Source: an uncultured Candidatus Rokubacteria bacterium
Lineage (GTDB): Bacteria; Methylomirabilota; Methylomirabilia; Rokubacteriales; CSP1-6
Length of the DNA: 64,000 nt
Reading direction: 5' to 3'
Assembly: GCA_963758635.1 (NCBI GenBank)
Contig: CAVWWD010000007.1
Span: 160,001-224,000 of the forward strand
Shown here: positions 20,463 through 30,243 of the stretch, piece after piece
Layout: each line of letters opens with the position of its first letter
How positions within the stretch are numbered: position 1 is the first letter of the stretch
Program-made: the position numbers and the translations under genes
The notes under the pieces: generated by a model
What the model was told of the DNA's origin: nothing
The model's database searches: none
Seen by the model: only the letters and a program-made list of their open reading frames with translations

Positions 20463-21658
20463 CCGTGATGCTCGCCGATCGGATGAAGACCCTCGCCCCC
20501 TCGCCCACGCTCGCCATGCAGGCCCGGGCCAAGGCCATGCGCGCCCAGGGCATCGACGTGATCTCCTTCGGCGCGGGCGAGCCCGACTTCGACACGCCGG
20601 CCCGGATCAAGCAGGCGGCGATCCGGGCCCTCGAGAGCGGCCAGACCAAGTACACCGAGGTCGGCGGCGTGCCCGAGCTGCGCGCCGCCGTCTGCCACAA
20701 GCTCAAGCGCGACCAGGGCCTGGACTACACGCCGGACGAGATCGTGGTCTCGTGCGGGGCCAAGCACACGCTCTACAACATCGTGATGGCCCTCGTGAAC
20801 CCGGGCGACGAGGTGCTGATCCCGAGCCCGTACTGGGTCTCGTATCCCGAGCAGGTCCGCCTCCTCGGCGGCGTGCCCGTGGCGGTGCCCACGCCCGAGT
20901 CGACGGGCTTCGACCTGGACCCCGCGGAGCTCCGGAAGGCCGTGACCTCGCGCACGAAGATGATCGTGGTGGACAGCCCCGGCAATCCCACCGGCGCCGT
21001 CTTCTCCGCGGCGGCCCTGCGCGCGGTCGGCGAGCTCGCGGTGGAGCGCGGCCTGTGGATCATCTCCGACGAGTGCTACGAGGCGCTCACCTACGAGGGA
21101 CGCCACGTGTCGATCGCGTCGCTGTCGCCTGCGATCAAGGCGCGGACGATCGTGGTGAACACGTGCTCGAAGGCCTACGCGATGACGGGCTGGCGCATCG
21201 GCTACGCCGCGGGCGCGCGCGAGCTGATCCGGGCCATGACCGACGTGCAGAGCCAGGTCACGTCCAATCCCTCGTCGGTGGCGCAGTGGGCCGCCGTCGA
21301 GGCGCTCACCGGCCCCCAGGACGAGATCGCCAAGATGGTGGGCGAGTTCGATCGCCGCCGCCGGACCATCGTGGACGGCCTCAACGCGGTGCCGGGCGTG
21401 AGCTGCGTGATGCCGCGCGGGGCCTTCTACGCGTTCCCGAACGTGTCGGGCCTCTTCGGCAAGCGCGCCAAGGGCGGCGTGCTCCGGGGCTCCGCCGACG
21501 TGTGCGCGTTCCTCCTCGACGAGGCGCGCATCGCCACCGTGGCCGGCGTGGACTTCGGCTCCGACGCGCACATCCGGCTGTCCTACGCGACGGCGCTCGA
21601 CAAGATCATCGAGGGGCTCGCCCGGATGAACGCGGCGGTACGCTCCCTCGAGGGGTGA
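20459..21658 (+). CDS. PLP-dependent class I aminotransferase (aspartate aminotransferase-like)
   Basis: GEPDFDTP, PGNPTG, SDECY, SKAYAMTGWRIGY. Confidence 0.93.
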   Translation: MTVMLADRMKTLAPSPTLAMQARAKAMRAQGIDVISFGAGEPDFDTPARIKQAAIRALESGQTKYTEVGGVPELRAAVCHKLKRDQGLDYTPDEIVVSCGAKHTLYNIVMALVNPGDEVLIPSPYWVSYPEQVRLLGGVPVAVPTPESTGFDLDPAELRKAVTSRTKMIVVDSPGNPTGAVFSAAALRAVGELAVERGLWIISDECYEALTYEGRHVSIASLSPAIKARTIVVNTCSKAYAMTGWRIGYAAGARELIRAMTDVQSQVTSNPSSVAQWAAVEALTGPQDEIAKMVGEFDRRRRTIVDGLNAVPGVSCVMPRGAFYAFPNVSGLFGKRAKGGVLRGSADVCAFLLDEARIATVAGVDFGSDAHIRLSYATALDKIIEGLARMNAAVRSLEG

Positions 21659-21670
21659 AGAGGTGACGGC

Positions 21671-22115
21671 ATGAAGATCGAGGGCTCGTACGACCTCGCC
21701 GCCCCGCGCGAGCGGGTGTGGGCCGCCTTCCTGGATCCCGCCACGCTCGCCCAGGCCATCCCGGGCTGCGACGGGCTCGAGGAGATCGGCGCCGGCGAGT
21801 ACAAGGCGATGATGAAGATCGGCGTCGGCGCCATCAAGGGCACCTTCGAGGGCAAGGTGCGTCTGAGCGACCTGGAGCCGCCGACGCGCTACCGCATGGC
21901 CGTGGAGGGCAAGGGCGGCCCCGGCTTCGTCCGCGGCGACGCGAGCATGGCGCTGTCCGACGTTCGACGGCGGCACGCGCGTGACCTACGACGCCGACGT
22001 GCAGGTGGGCGGGCTCATCGCGAGCGTCGGCCAGCGGATGCTGGGCGGCGTCTCGAAGATGATGCTCGACAACTTCTTCACCAAGATGACGGAGCTCCTC
22101 GCCGCCCGCACGTGA
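21671..22115 (+). CDS. CoxG/SRPBCC family protein, frameshift near 21963
   Basis: DPATLAQAIPGC...; after the shift DGGTRVTYDADVQVGGLIASVGQRML...ART*. Confidence 0.8.
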
Positions 22116-22738
22116 TCCCGGCCCGCGTCGCCCTCGCCGGCGCCGCGCTGGTGGCGCTGGCCTCGGCCGGCGCGGCCGCCGCCCCGCGCGTCACCCCCGG
22201 CGAGTGCACGCGCGACGGCCTCTACTGCCTCTACCGCTCGATCCTGCCCAGCGCGGGTCTGGTCGCCGACTGCCGGTCCGCCACCGACTGCCGCGTGGGC
22301 TACTACTACGGCGCCCCCGAGCAGGCGACCTGGTTCACGCCCCCCGCGGGCACGCCCACGTTCCCGAAGCCGACCGTGACCTGGCACACGGCCACGCTGG
22401 CCGAGGCCCGGTTTCCGTGCGGGCCCGGTTGCGCCACCAGCTACTTCTTCGAGGCGCGCCGGAGGCGGGTCTCCGCGCCGCGGCCGGACGTCCTGCACGT
22501 GGACCCCACGCGCCAGCTCCTCGCCGCGACGAGCGGCCGCGCGCTGGTGGTGTCGCAGATCTTCGCGGGCCGCGAGGTGGCGCGCATCGAGCGCCCGTGG
22601 GCGCCGGCGCCGCGCCTGGGGGAGGTGGTGACCGCCGTGCGCTTCGATCCCGACGGCCGGCTCACGTTCACGTGGCTCCGGGGCGAGGAGCGCGCCCCGG
22701 TCACGGAGCGCGTCGTGGTCCCGTCGATCCCGCGCTGA
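22112..22738 (+). CDS. Hypothetical secreted protein
   Basis: GTG overlapping the coxG stop; signal-peptide-like N-terminus; several Cys (CGPGC). Confidence 0.6.
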   Translation: MIPARVALAGAALVALASAGAAAAPRVTPGECTRDGLYCLYRSILPSAGLVADCRSATDCRVGYYYGAPEQATWFTPPAGTPTFPKPTVTWHTATLAEARFPCGPGCATSYFFEARRRRVSAPRPDVLHVDPTRQLLAATSGRALVVSQIFAGREVARIERPWAPAPRLGEVVTAVRFDPDGRLTFTWLRGEERAPVTERVVVPSIPR

Positions 22739-22748
22739 GCGGGGGAGG

Positions 22749-23951
22749 CTATCCTTCCGACGCGACGGCGTGGGCGGCGATGGGGGCGCGGAGCATGGAC
22801 GTGAGGGGGATCGTCACGAACACGATGACGCCGATCGCGGCCAGGGTGACGGCCACGCCCGCCCAGTCGCTCACCATCCCGTAGACGAACGGCGCCAGCG
22901 CCGAGGCGCTGATCCCCACCGTGTAGAACACGGCGTAGCTCCGCGCGCGGCGGTCGGGATCGACGAGGTCGGCCACGGTGCCGTAGAGCACCGACGACGT
23001 GCCGTTCAGCGCGATGCCGAGGATCGGCAGCACGGCGAGGCAGCCGCCGAGCGGAAGGGCCAGGAGCAGCAGGATGCCCACGCCGGTGGCCGTCTCGGTG
23101 ACGATCACGGTGCGGATGATGCCGAGCCGCTCGGCCAGCGCGCCGCAGGCGAGCTTGCCCGCCGCGCCGCCCGCGAACACGAGCATGAGGGCCAGGCCCA
23201 CGCCGCCCACCGGCGAGCCCTTGGCGATGAGCAGGAAGGGCAGGAAGGTGAGGAAGCCGGAGCGGGTGCCGTTGTCGATGACCTGGATCAGCGACAGCGC
23301 GCGAAAGCCGCGCGGCGTCGCGGATGCCCCAGCCCGAGCGCGCCGGCTCGCCGGGGTGCGCGCGCGGCACGGCCGCTTCCGGTCCGCCGACGTGCAGACG
23401 AGCGAGCACGAAGGGCAGCGCGCAGGCGGCGGCGAGCCCGAGCGCCGCATACACGCTCGTGGCCGCGCGCCATCCGCACCACGCCGCGGCCAGGCCCACG
23501 GCGGCCGGCACGGCGACCTTGCCGAGGTCCCCCGAGAAGTTGTACGTGCCGAGCGCCACGCGCCGGGCGGCCCTGCTCGTAGGCCTTCGACACGATCGAC
23601 GACGACAGGGGGTGCTGGACGCTCGAGCCGAGGCCGGCGGCGAGCAAGGCAGGCGAGGAGGCCGGCGAACCCGCCGCTCGTTCCCGCGGCCAGGTAGCCG
23701 AGCGCGGTGACCGCGGTGCCGATCGCGAGGAGGCGGGCCTCGCCCCAGCGCTCGGCGAGGAGGCCCGCCGGCACCTGGAAGCTCGCCATGCCGCCGCTGT
23801 ACGCCGTCTTCAGGAGGCCCACCTGGGTGAACGAGAGCCCGAGCTCGGCGGTCCACACCGGCAGCAGGACGAGGAGGATGTCCGAGAACCCGTCGTGGAC
23901 GAAGTGGATGACCGATGCGGCGGTGAGCACCGCGGCGGGACGTCGAGCCAT
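22749..23951 (-). CDS. MFS transporter (Fsr-like), three frameshifts
   Basis: HFVHDGF, GLLAERWG, GSSVQHP, ALGTYNFSGDLGK, GALAERLG pieces spread over three frames. Confidence 0.8.
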   Translation of the reverse strand: MARRPAAVLTAASVIHFVHDGFSDILLVLLPVWTAELGLSFTQVGLLKTAYSGGMASFQVPAGLLAERWGEARLLAIGTAVTALGYLAAGTSGGFAGLLACLARRRPRLERPAPPVVVDRVEGLRAGPPGAWRSARTTSRGTSARSPCRPPWAWPRRGADGARPRACMRRSGSPPPARCPSCSLVCTSADRKRPCRARTPASRRARAGASATPRGFRALSLIQVIDNGTRSGFLTFLPFLLIAKGSPVGGVGLALMLVFAGGAAGKLACGALAERLGIIRTVIVTETATGVGILLLLALPLGGCLAVLPILGIALNGTSSVLYGTVADLVDPDRRARSYAVFYTVGISASALAPFVYGMVSDWAGVAVTLAAIGVIVFVTIPLTSMLRAPIAAHAVASEG

Positions 23952-24120
23952 GCGCCGATTGTTCCACAGCCGGCGCGGCGCGGGCAACGCACGAAGTTCG
24001 TCGGGGGAGGTTCTCATGCGCCCATATCGAAGACACGCGGGCCATGCGACGAAGCTCACGCTGCGGGGTGCCATGGCCGCGATGAGGCTCTTGATGGCGA
24101 CGAATGCATACCATTGTGGT

Positions 24121-24505
24121 ATGCCAGGCTCCAGAGTGTACTGGACGCTGGTCTTCACCGCGGCCAGTCTGGAGCACCTCGCAGAGCGGGGCATCCACGC
24201 GATGGACGTTACCGATGCCGCCTACGGCAAGAATGGCCCTGCACGCGTACGTAGATCCGGCCGGGGTGCCCGGCAGCGCTGGTCGTAGTAGCGCCGCTGG
24301 AGACGGGCGACCTTCTGACCTGTGTGTTCCGGCGGCGCACCCGCGCGATCTTGAGACGGAGGGTGCGTTCACCGTTTCGGGCCAAGGACGGCAGGAGTCT
24401 CCGGGGCGATTCAACGCGTCGATGCGCTTGTGTGTCAGCGCCCGCATATCCGACGCGGATGAAGTGAGGAGTTATCGCAGGTGGCGCGCAGACAAAAGGA
24501 GATAA
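24121..24505 (+). pseudogene. Putative BrnT-like toxin, two frameshifts
   Basis: Reconstructed ...LEHLAERGIHAMDV...RW(F)VVAPLETGDLLTCVFR...CVSARISDADEVRSY; directly upstream of an antitoxin-like gene. Confidence 0.5.
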
Positions 24506-24821
24506 GGGTACAGTATCCACTCGGAAGAGCAGGATTCCAGTATTCCGAACCGATCGAGACGAGCGTGGGTTCTGGGCGCGGCACAGTGTCGAGGAATTCG
24601 CCAGAGACCTTGTGGATCTAGACGTTGAGATTCGCCCGCCGCGCACGGAGCAAATCGCTCTCCGCCTCCACAAGGAGGACCTGCAGACACTGCGTTCCTT
24701 GGCCGCGGAACGCGGCGTGGGACACACAACTTTGGCGAGAACCGTCCTCGAGGGCTGGATCACACGGTCGCGGACGAGGAGCACAACCGTACGACGCAGG
24801 CAGAACCGCCGCCCAGCCTGA
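24481..24821 (+). CDS. CopG/BrnA-type antitoxin (start uncertain)
   Basis: IPVFRTDRDERGFWARHSVEEF lies in frame upstream of an RHH-like IALRLHKEDLQTLRSLAAERGV; no in-frame canonical start before 24612, GTG 24481 would need a frameshift. Confidence 0.6.
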
Positions 24822-24898
24822 TCCGGAGATCTCCCTCTAACAGAGTCTGGAGCCGACGGTGTGCGGGGTTTCTTGTCTTGCCCGTCTCGCCCTCCAGG

Positions 24899-25711
24899 CT
24901 AGGACGGGAGAGACCCGAGAAAGTCGAGGACGGCGCGGTGGAACGCCTCGGGCTGGTCGCGGTTGGCGAAGTGGCCCGCGGGCGAGAGGAGCACGAACTG
25001 CGCGTGCTTGATCTTCTCCGTCATCACGCGCATGGCGGCGAGCGAGGGATCCTCGTCGCCGCAGATCAGGAGCGTGGGCGCGGCGATCTCCGACAGGCGC
25101 TCGGTGACGTAGTCCATCTGGAGCAGCGCGCGCAGCGCGTTCGCGTACCCGACGGGCTCCAGCATCCGGTACATGGCGAAGACCTCGTCACGGGCCCGGG
25201 GGTCGAGCTTGATCCGTCCCGCCACGTTCGGATTGGACGCGATCGCGAACTCGGCCATGGCGTCCATGCCTCCGGCCAGGGTCACCTCGATGCTCCGCGC
25301 CCGCATCACGAGGTGCGCCACCGAGAGCGGCAGCCCCGCCGCCGACGACGAGTCGACGACCACGAGGGCGGCCACGCGCTCGGGGTGGGCGAGGGTGAAG
25401 CGCGTGGCGATGCCGCCGCCGAGGCTCAGGCCGCCCACGGCGGGACGCGCGAGGCCGAGATGGTCCACGAGGTCGCGCAGGTCGAGCGTCCAGTGGCCGA
25501 ACGTCACGCGGGTCGGGTCGGCCGGGCTCTCCGACCGGGCGTGGCCGCGGGGCTCCCAGAGCACGAGGCGGTGCCGCGCGGCGAGGGCGGCCACGTTGGG
25601 CGCCCACATGCCGGCGTTGCCGCCGATCCCGTAGGCGAGGACGAGCGGCGTCCCCGAGCCGTGCTCCTCGTAGTAGATCCTGACGCCGTCGGTGGTCGTG
25701 AAGTGCGCCAT
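24899..25711 (-). CDS. Alpha/beta-fold hydrolase
   Basis: RGHARS, GGLSLGG, GDED, AGHF. Confidence 0.9.
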   Translation of the reverse strand: MAHFTTTDGVRIYYEEHGSGTPLVLAYGIGGNAGMWAPNVAALAARHRLVLWEPRGHARSESPADPTRVTFGHWTLDLRDLVDHLGLARPAVGGLSLGGGIATRFTLAHPERVAALVVVDSSSAAGLPLSVAHLVMRARSIEVTLAGGMDAMAEFAIASNPNVAGRIKLDPRARDEVFAMYRMLEPVGYANALRALLQMDYVTERLSEIAAPTLLICGDEDPSLAAMRVMTEKIKHAQFVLLSPAGHFANRDQPEAFHRAVLDFLGSLPS

Positions 25712-25811
25712 GTCGAGCCTCCCGGGCGGCCGCGCGCCGCAATTGCTGCTCCATGGAAAGGGCCGCCCGCGCGGATGTCAAGCAGGACGACGAGGCAGCG
25801 TTCGCCCTTCT

Positions 25812-25929
25812 CCCTCTCCCTTCGAGGGAGAGGGCCGGGGTGAGGGTCGGTGGCACTATCTCACGGCGAGACTGTCCGTGTGCTTGCGCGACCGCCCCTC
25901 ACCCTGCCCTCTCCCCAAAGGGGAGAGGG
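25812..25929. repeat. REP-like paired palindromic element (intact copy)
   Basis: CCCTCTCCC-ttcga-GGGAGAGGG-CCGGGGTGAGGG ... CCCCTCACCCTG-CCCTCTCCCC-aaa-GGGGAGAGGG; an inverted homologue starts at 36008. Confidence 0.9.
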
Positions 25930-25998
25930 AACGCCGTGACGCCTTGGCGCGCGGCGAGCGTTGGCGCGGCGCCCGCGCGCGTGCTAGAGTCCGCGACC

Positions 25999-26727
25999 AT
26001 GAGCGACAATGTCACCCTTGTCCGCGACGGCGCCATCGCGACGGTCACGCTCGACCGTCCCGAGCGGCGCAACTCCCTCAGCGATCCCATGCTGACCGAC
26101 CTCGGCGCGGCCTTCGCCGAGCTGCGCGACGACGCCGCGACGCGCGTGGTGATCGTCACCGGGACGCCGCCGATGTTCTCCGCGGGCGCCGACGCCCCCT
26201 TCAAGAAGGGCATGACGGCGGAGGAGCGGCGGCAGATGTTCCTCGGCCGGAAGAGCCAGTTCCGCCGGCTCTTCGAGCGCGCCAACACCATGCTGGAGAG
26301 CCTCGAGCAGGCCACGATCTGCCAGATCAACGGCCACGCGGTGGGCGGCGGCTGGGGCCTCACCCTCGCGTGCGACTTCCGTTTCGCGGGCGCGTCGGCC
26401 CAGATGTGGATCCCCGAGGTGGACCTGGGCGTGCCGCTTGGCGTGGCCTCCACGACGCGCTTCGTGCGCCTCGTGGGGCCGGCGCGCGCCAAGGAGATCA
26501 TCATGGGCTGCCGGCGCTACTCGGCGGCGGAGGCGGAGGCGTGGGGCCTCGTGCATCGCGCGGTGGCCGACGACCTCCTCGCCAGGACGGTGCGCGAGTA
26601 CGCGGCCCTGCTCGCGGCCAAGCCGTTCCGCGCGCTCGCGGAGATGAAGGCGCGGATCAACGCCATCGCCCGCACCGGCATCCCAGAGGTGAACGCGATG
26701 ACCGAGGGATTCCTCGACCGAACCTGA
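25999..26727 (+). CDS. Enoyl-CoA hydratase/isomerase family protein
   Basis: TLDRPERRNSL, FSAGAD, NGHAVGGG, PEVDLG. Confidence 0.92.
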   Translation: MSDNVTLVRDGAIATVTLDRPERRNSLSDPMLTDLGAAFAELRDDAATRVVIVTGTPPMFSAGADAPFKKGMTAEERRQMFLGRKSQFRRLFERANTMLESLEQATICQINGHAVGGGWGLTLACDFRFAGASAQMWIPEVDLGVPLGVASTTRFVRLVGPARAKEIIMGCRRYSAAEAEAWGLVHRAVADDLLARTVREYAALLAAKPFRALAEMKARINAIARTGIPEVNAMTEGFLDRT

Positions 26728-26778
26728 GGCCGGCGGGCGTCCCGCCCGCTGCGCCGCGAAGACCAAGGAGGAGAGTCC

Positions 26779-28199
26779 ATGAGCAGCAGACCCATGGCGA
26801 GCTACAGCCTCACCGTCCGGTTGCGCATCGCCAACCTGCCCGGGATGCTCGGCAAGGTGACCTCGGCGATCGGCGAGGCCGGCGGCGACATCGGCGCGGT
26901 GGACATCGTCGAGGCGGGGGGCCCCACCATCACCCGCAACGTCTCGTTCAAGGCGGGGGACGAGGGTCACGGCGAGCGGATCGTCGAGCGCCTCCGGCGT
27001 GTCGAGGGCGTCACCGTCGTCAACGTGTCCGACCGCACCTTCCTCATGCACCTCGGCGGCAAGATCGCCACGCAGGCCCGGGTGGCGGTGAAGACCCGCG
27101 ACGACCTCTCGATGGTCTACACGCCGGGCGTGGCCCGCGTGTGCATGGCCATCCACGCCGAGCCCGAGAAGGCCTACAACCTCACGATCAAGCAGAACAC
27201 GGTGGCGGTCGTCAGCGACGGCTCCGCCGTCCTCGGCCTCGGCAACATCGGCCCCTTCGGCGCCGCGCCCGTGATGGAAGGCAAATGCCTCATCTTCAAG
27301 GAGTTCGCCGGGGTGGACGCGTTCCCGCTGTGCCTGGCCACCCAGGACGTGGACGAGATCGTGCGCACGGTGATGGCCGTGTCGCCGATCTTCGGCGGCA
27401 TCAACCTCGAGGACATCTCGGCGCCGCGGTGCTTCGAGATCGAGGAGCGCCTTCAGGAGGCGCTCGAGATCCCGGTGTTCCATGACGACCAGCACGGCAC
27501 CGCGGTGGTGGTGCTCGCCGCGCTCCTGAACGCGCTCAAGATCGTGAAGAAGAGCCTGTCCGAGGCCCGCATCGTGTTCGTGGGCGCGGGCGCCTCCGGC
27601 ATCGCCACCGCCAAGCTCCTCATGCTGGAAGGGGCGCAGCACATCGTGGCGTGCGACCGCGTCCGGCCTCCTCTACCGCGGCCGCACCGACAACATGAAC
27701 TCGATGAAGCAGTGGTTCGCCGAGCACACGAACCCGAAGGGGCTGCGCGGCAGCGTCGCCACCGCCGTCGAGGGCGCCGACGTGTTCATCGGGCTGTCCG
27801 GGCCGGGCGTGGTGTCGGTGGCGGACATCAAGACGATGGGTCGCGACCCGATCGTGTTCGCGATGGCCAACCCGACGCCGGAGATCATGCCCGAGGAGGT
27901 GGCCTCGAACGTGCGCGTGATGGCGACCGGACGCTCCGACTATCCGAACCAGATCAACAACTCCTGCTGCTTCCCCGGCTTCTTCCGCGGCATGCTCGAC
28001 GTGCGGGCCCGGCGGGTCAACGACGAGATGAAGCTGGCCGCGGCGCACGCGCTGGCCGGGCATCGTGAGCGAGAGCGAGCTGTGCGAGGAGTACATCACG
28101 CCCGGCATGTTCGACTCGCGGGTGGTCCCGGCGGTCACGGCCGCCGTCGCCGAGGCCGCGGTCAAGACGGGGGTGGCCCGCCGCCGCGCCCGGGCCTGA
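26779..28199 (+). CDS. NAD-dependent malic enzyme with N-terminal ACT domain, frameshifts near 27660 and 28060
   Basis: VYTPGVA, DGSAVLGLG, INLEDI, HDDQHGTA, GAGASG, MANPTPEI, TGRSDYPNQINN. Confidence 0.9.
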
Positions 28200-28316
28200 C
28201 GCTCCGGGCCCCGCGCCCGGCCGAACGGAACGATTCAACGGCCGGCGACCCGTCCGATCCGCCGCGAAGGCGGCGCGGACAGGTCGCCGGCCGTGGTGTT
28301 TCCAGACGCCCGCGGA

Positions 28317-29081
28317 TCAGCCGCCGCGCGTCCAGACGCCGGCGGGGTCGCAGTCGCGGACGATCGCGAGATCCTCCGCGGTGGGGGCCGGCGTCTCGCC
28401 CACGTCGGGGGCGACGAGCAGGTCCCACCCCGTGGCCGCCCGCACGGTCTCGACGCTCTGCCCGGGGTGGTACGAGGCGAGCACCATCTCCGCGCGCTCG
28501 GGGTCGAAGCGGAAGACGCCCAGCGTCGTGATGACCGCCGAGGGGCCGCCGCCGTGGAGTCCGACGCGCGCGCGCCAGCCCGGCCCGTCGCCGAAGCCGG
28601 GCGAGGTGACGTAGTCGACCCGCTCCCGGAACCGGTGGCGCTCCTGCGGCATGATCACCACGAAGCGGCGCGACAGGCTCGCGATGTCGGCGCCGCCCCC
28701 GCTGCCGGGCAGCCGCACGCGCGGATGCGCCCAGTCGCCGACGTACGACGTGTTGAGGTTCCCGCGCCGGTCGATCTCCGCTCCGCCGATGAAGCCCATG
28801 TCCACCAGGCCCTGCTGGAGGAGGGCCATGATCTCGAGCGTGCCCGTGGCCCACACCGCGCCCCGGACGTTCGGCGTGTCGCTCATCGTCATGAGCGTCG
28901 CCGGGGCGGGGGCGTCGCGCACGATCCCGTTCTCGAAGAGGCCGACGGCGGCGGGCGCGTGGGTGCGCTTGGCGAAGGCGAACGCGAGGAGGGGCAAGCG
29001 CATGCCGACGAACACGACCTCGCCGTCGCGGATCTCGCGCCCCGCGGCGATCACCATCAGCTCGCGGTCGGTGAAGCTCAC
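28317..29081 (-). CDS. CoA-transferase subunit B (glutaconate CoA-transferase-like)
   Basis: FENG, GGAEIDRRGNLN, LPGSGGGADIA, VITTLG. Confidence 0.88.
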   Translation of the reverse strand: MSFTDRELMVIAAGREIRDGEVVFVGMRLPLLAFAFAKRTHAPAAVGLFENGIVRDAPAPATLMTMSDTPNVRGAVWATGTLEIMALLQQGLVDMGFIGGAEIDRRGNLNTSYVGDWAHPRVRLPGSGGGADIASLSRRFVVIMPQERHRFRERVDYVTSPGFGDGPGWRARVGLHGGGPSAVITTLGVFRFDPERAEMVLASYHPGQSVETVRAATGWDLLVAPDVGETPAPTAEDLAIVRDCDPAGVWTRGG

Positions 29082-29113
29082 GGGACCATCAGCTCGCGGT
29101 CGGTGAAGCTCAC
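29053..29113. repeat. Perfect 29-bp direct repeat separated by GGG
   Basis: ACCATCAGCTCGCGGTCGGTGAAGCTCAC at 29053-29081 and 29085-29113. Confidence 0.95.
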
Positions 29114-30225
29114 CGGAGCACGAAGGGCGTGGCCCCCGCCGGCGAGTACGGGTGGCGGCGCACCGCCTCCTCGTTCACCTCCACGCCGAGCCCCGGCCCG
29201 GTGGGCACCTCGACCCAGCCGTCGCGGGCGGCGATGGGCCGTGCCAGGAACGGCGTCTCGTGCTCCCCGGTGGGGAACTCCACCGGCGTGGCGCCGCCGA
29301 AGGTGGCGGCCACGTGCAAGGTGGCGGCGAGGCCGGGGCCGAAGTAGAACGCGTGGGGGGCGACGGGGAGCCCCGCGCCCTGGGCCAGGGCCACGATCTT
29401 CCGCATCTCCGAGATCCCGCCCACCTTGGTGATGCTGGGCTGGAGGATGTCGGCGGCGCGATGGGCCACGATCTCCTGGAACCCGTAGATCGTGGACTCG
29501 TTCTCGCCGAGCGCGATCGGGGCGCGGCTGGCCGCGCGGACCCGCGCGAGACCGACGTAGTCCTCCGGCGGCCACACCGGCTCCTCGAGCCAGGTGAGCG
29601 CGAACGGCTCGAGATCGCGGGCCATCGCGATCGCCTCCGTCGCCGTCCACGGGCAGTTGGTGTCGAGCATCAGCTCCACCTGCGGGCCGACGGCCTCGCG
29701 CGCGGCGCGCACCGACTCCACGTCGATCTGGTGGAGCTTCAGCCGCGTGAACCCCTGGGCCACGTACTGGCGGCACGCCGCCGCCACGTCGGCGGGCGAG
29801 CCGTAGCGCACGAGGCTCGCGTAGACGGGCATCCGCGGCCGCACCGCGCCGCCCAGGAGCTCGTACACCGGCACGCCGCGCGCCTTGCCGGCCAGGTCCC
29901 AGAGGGCGATCTCCACGCCGCTGATCGCGAACATGGCGAGGCCGCGGCGCCCGTAGATCATCGTGCCGCGGTGCATGACGTCGACCAGGGCCTCGATGTC
30001 GGCGGCGTCGTGCCCCATGAGGAGCGGGGCCAGGCTCTCCTCGATCACGTTGACCACGGCGAGCGGCGCGCCGTAGGCGAAGGCCTCGCCGACGCCGGTG
30101 AGGCCCTCGTCGGTTCCCACGCGCACCACGATCTGCTTCGCCGTGGCCGCGGGCCATGGCGAGGGCGGGTTCATCGGGCGCGTGGGGATGGCCAGGGGAA
30201 TCGCGTCGATGCGCGTGATCTTCAT
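29110..30225 (-). CDS. Mandelate racemase/muconate lactonizing enzyme family protein
   Basis: ALWDLAGKA, KLH, LDTN, WLEEP, GEN, PTGPGLG. Confidence 0.9.
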   Translation of the reverse strand: MKITRIDAIPLAIPTRPMNPPSPWPAATAKQIVVRVGTDEGLTGVGEAFAYGAPLAVVNVIEESLAPLLMGHDAADIEALVDVMHRGTMIYGRRGLAMFAISGVEIALWDLAGKARGVPVYELLGGAVRPRMPVYASLVRYGSPADVAAACRQYVAQGFTRLKLHQIDVESVRAAREAVGPQVELMLDTNCPWTATEAIAMARDLEPFALTWLEEPVWPPEDYVGLARVRAASRAPIALGENESTIYGFQEIVAHRAADILQPSITKVGGISEMRKIVALAQGAGLPVAPHAFYFGPGLAATLHVAATFGGATPVEFPTGEHETPFLARPIAARDGWVEVPTGPGLGVEVNEEAVRRHPYSPAGATPFVLR

Positions 30226-30243
30226 GTCGTCGAGCCTCCGTGT

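Noticed and set aside
21671..22738. CoxG fused to a secreted domain
   Set aside because: Produced by a one-base frameshift; two separate genes are reconstructable.
29053..29113. Mini-CRISPR array
   Set aside because: Only two repeats, a 3-bp gap, the repeat is coding sequence, and no cas genes are present.
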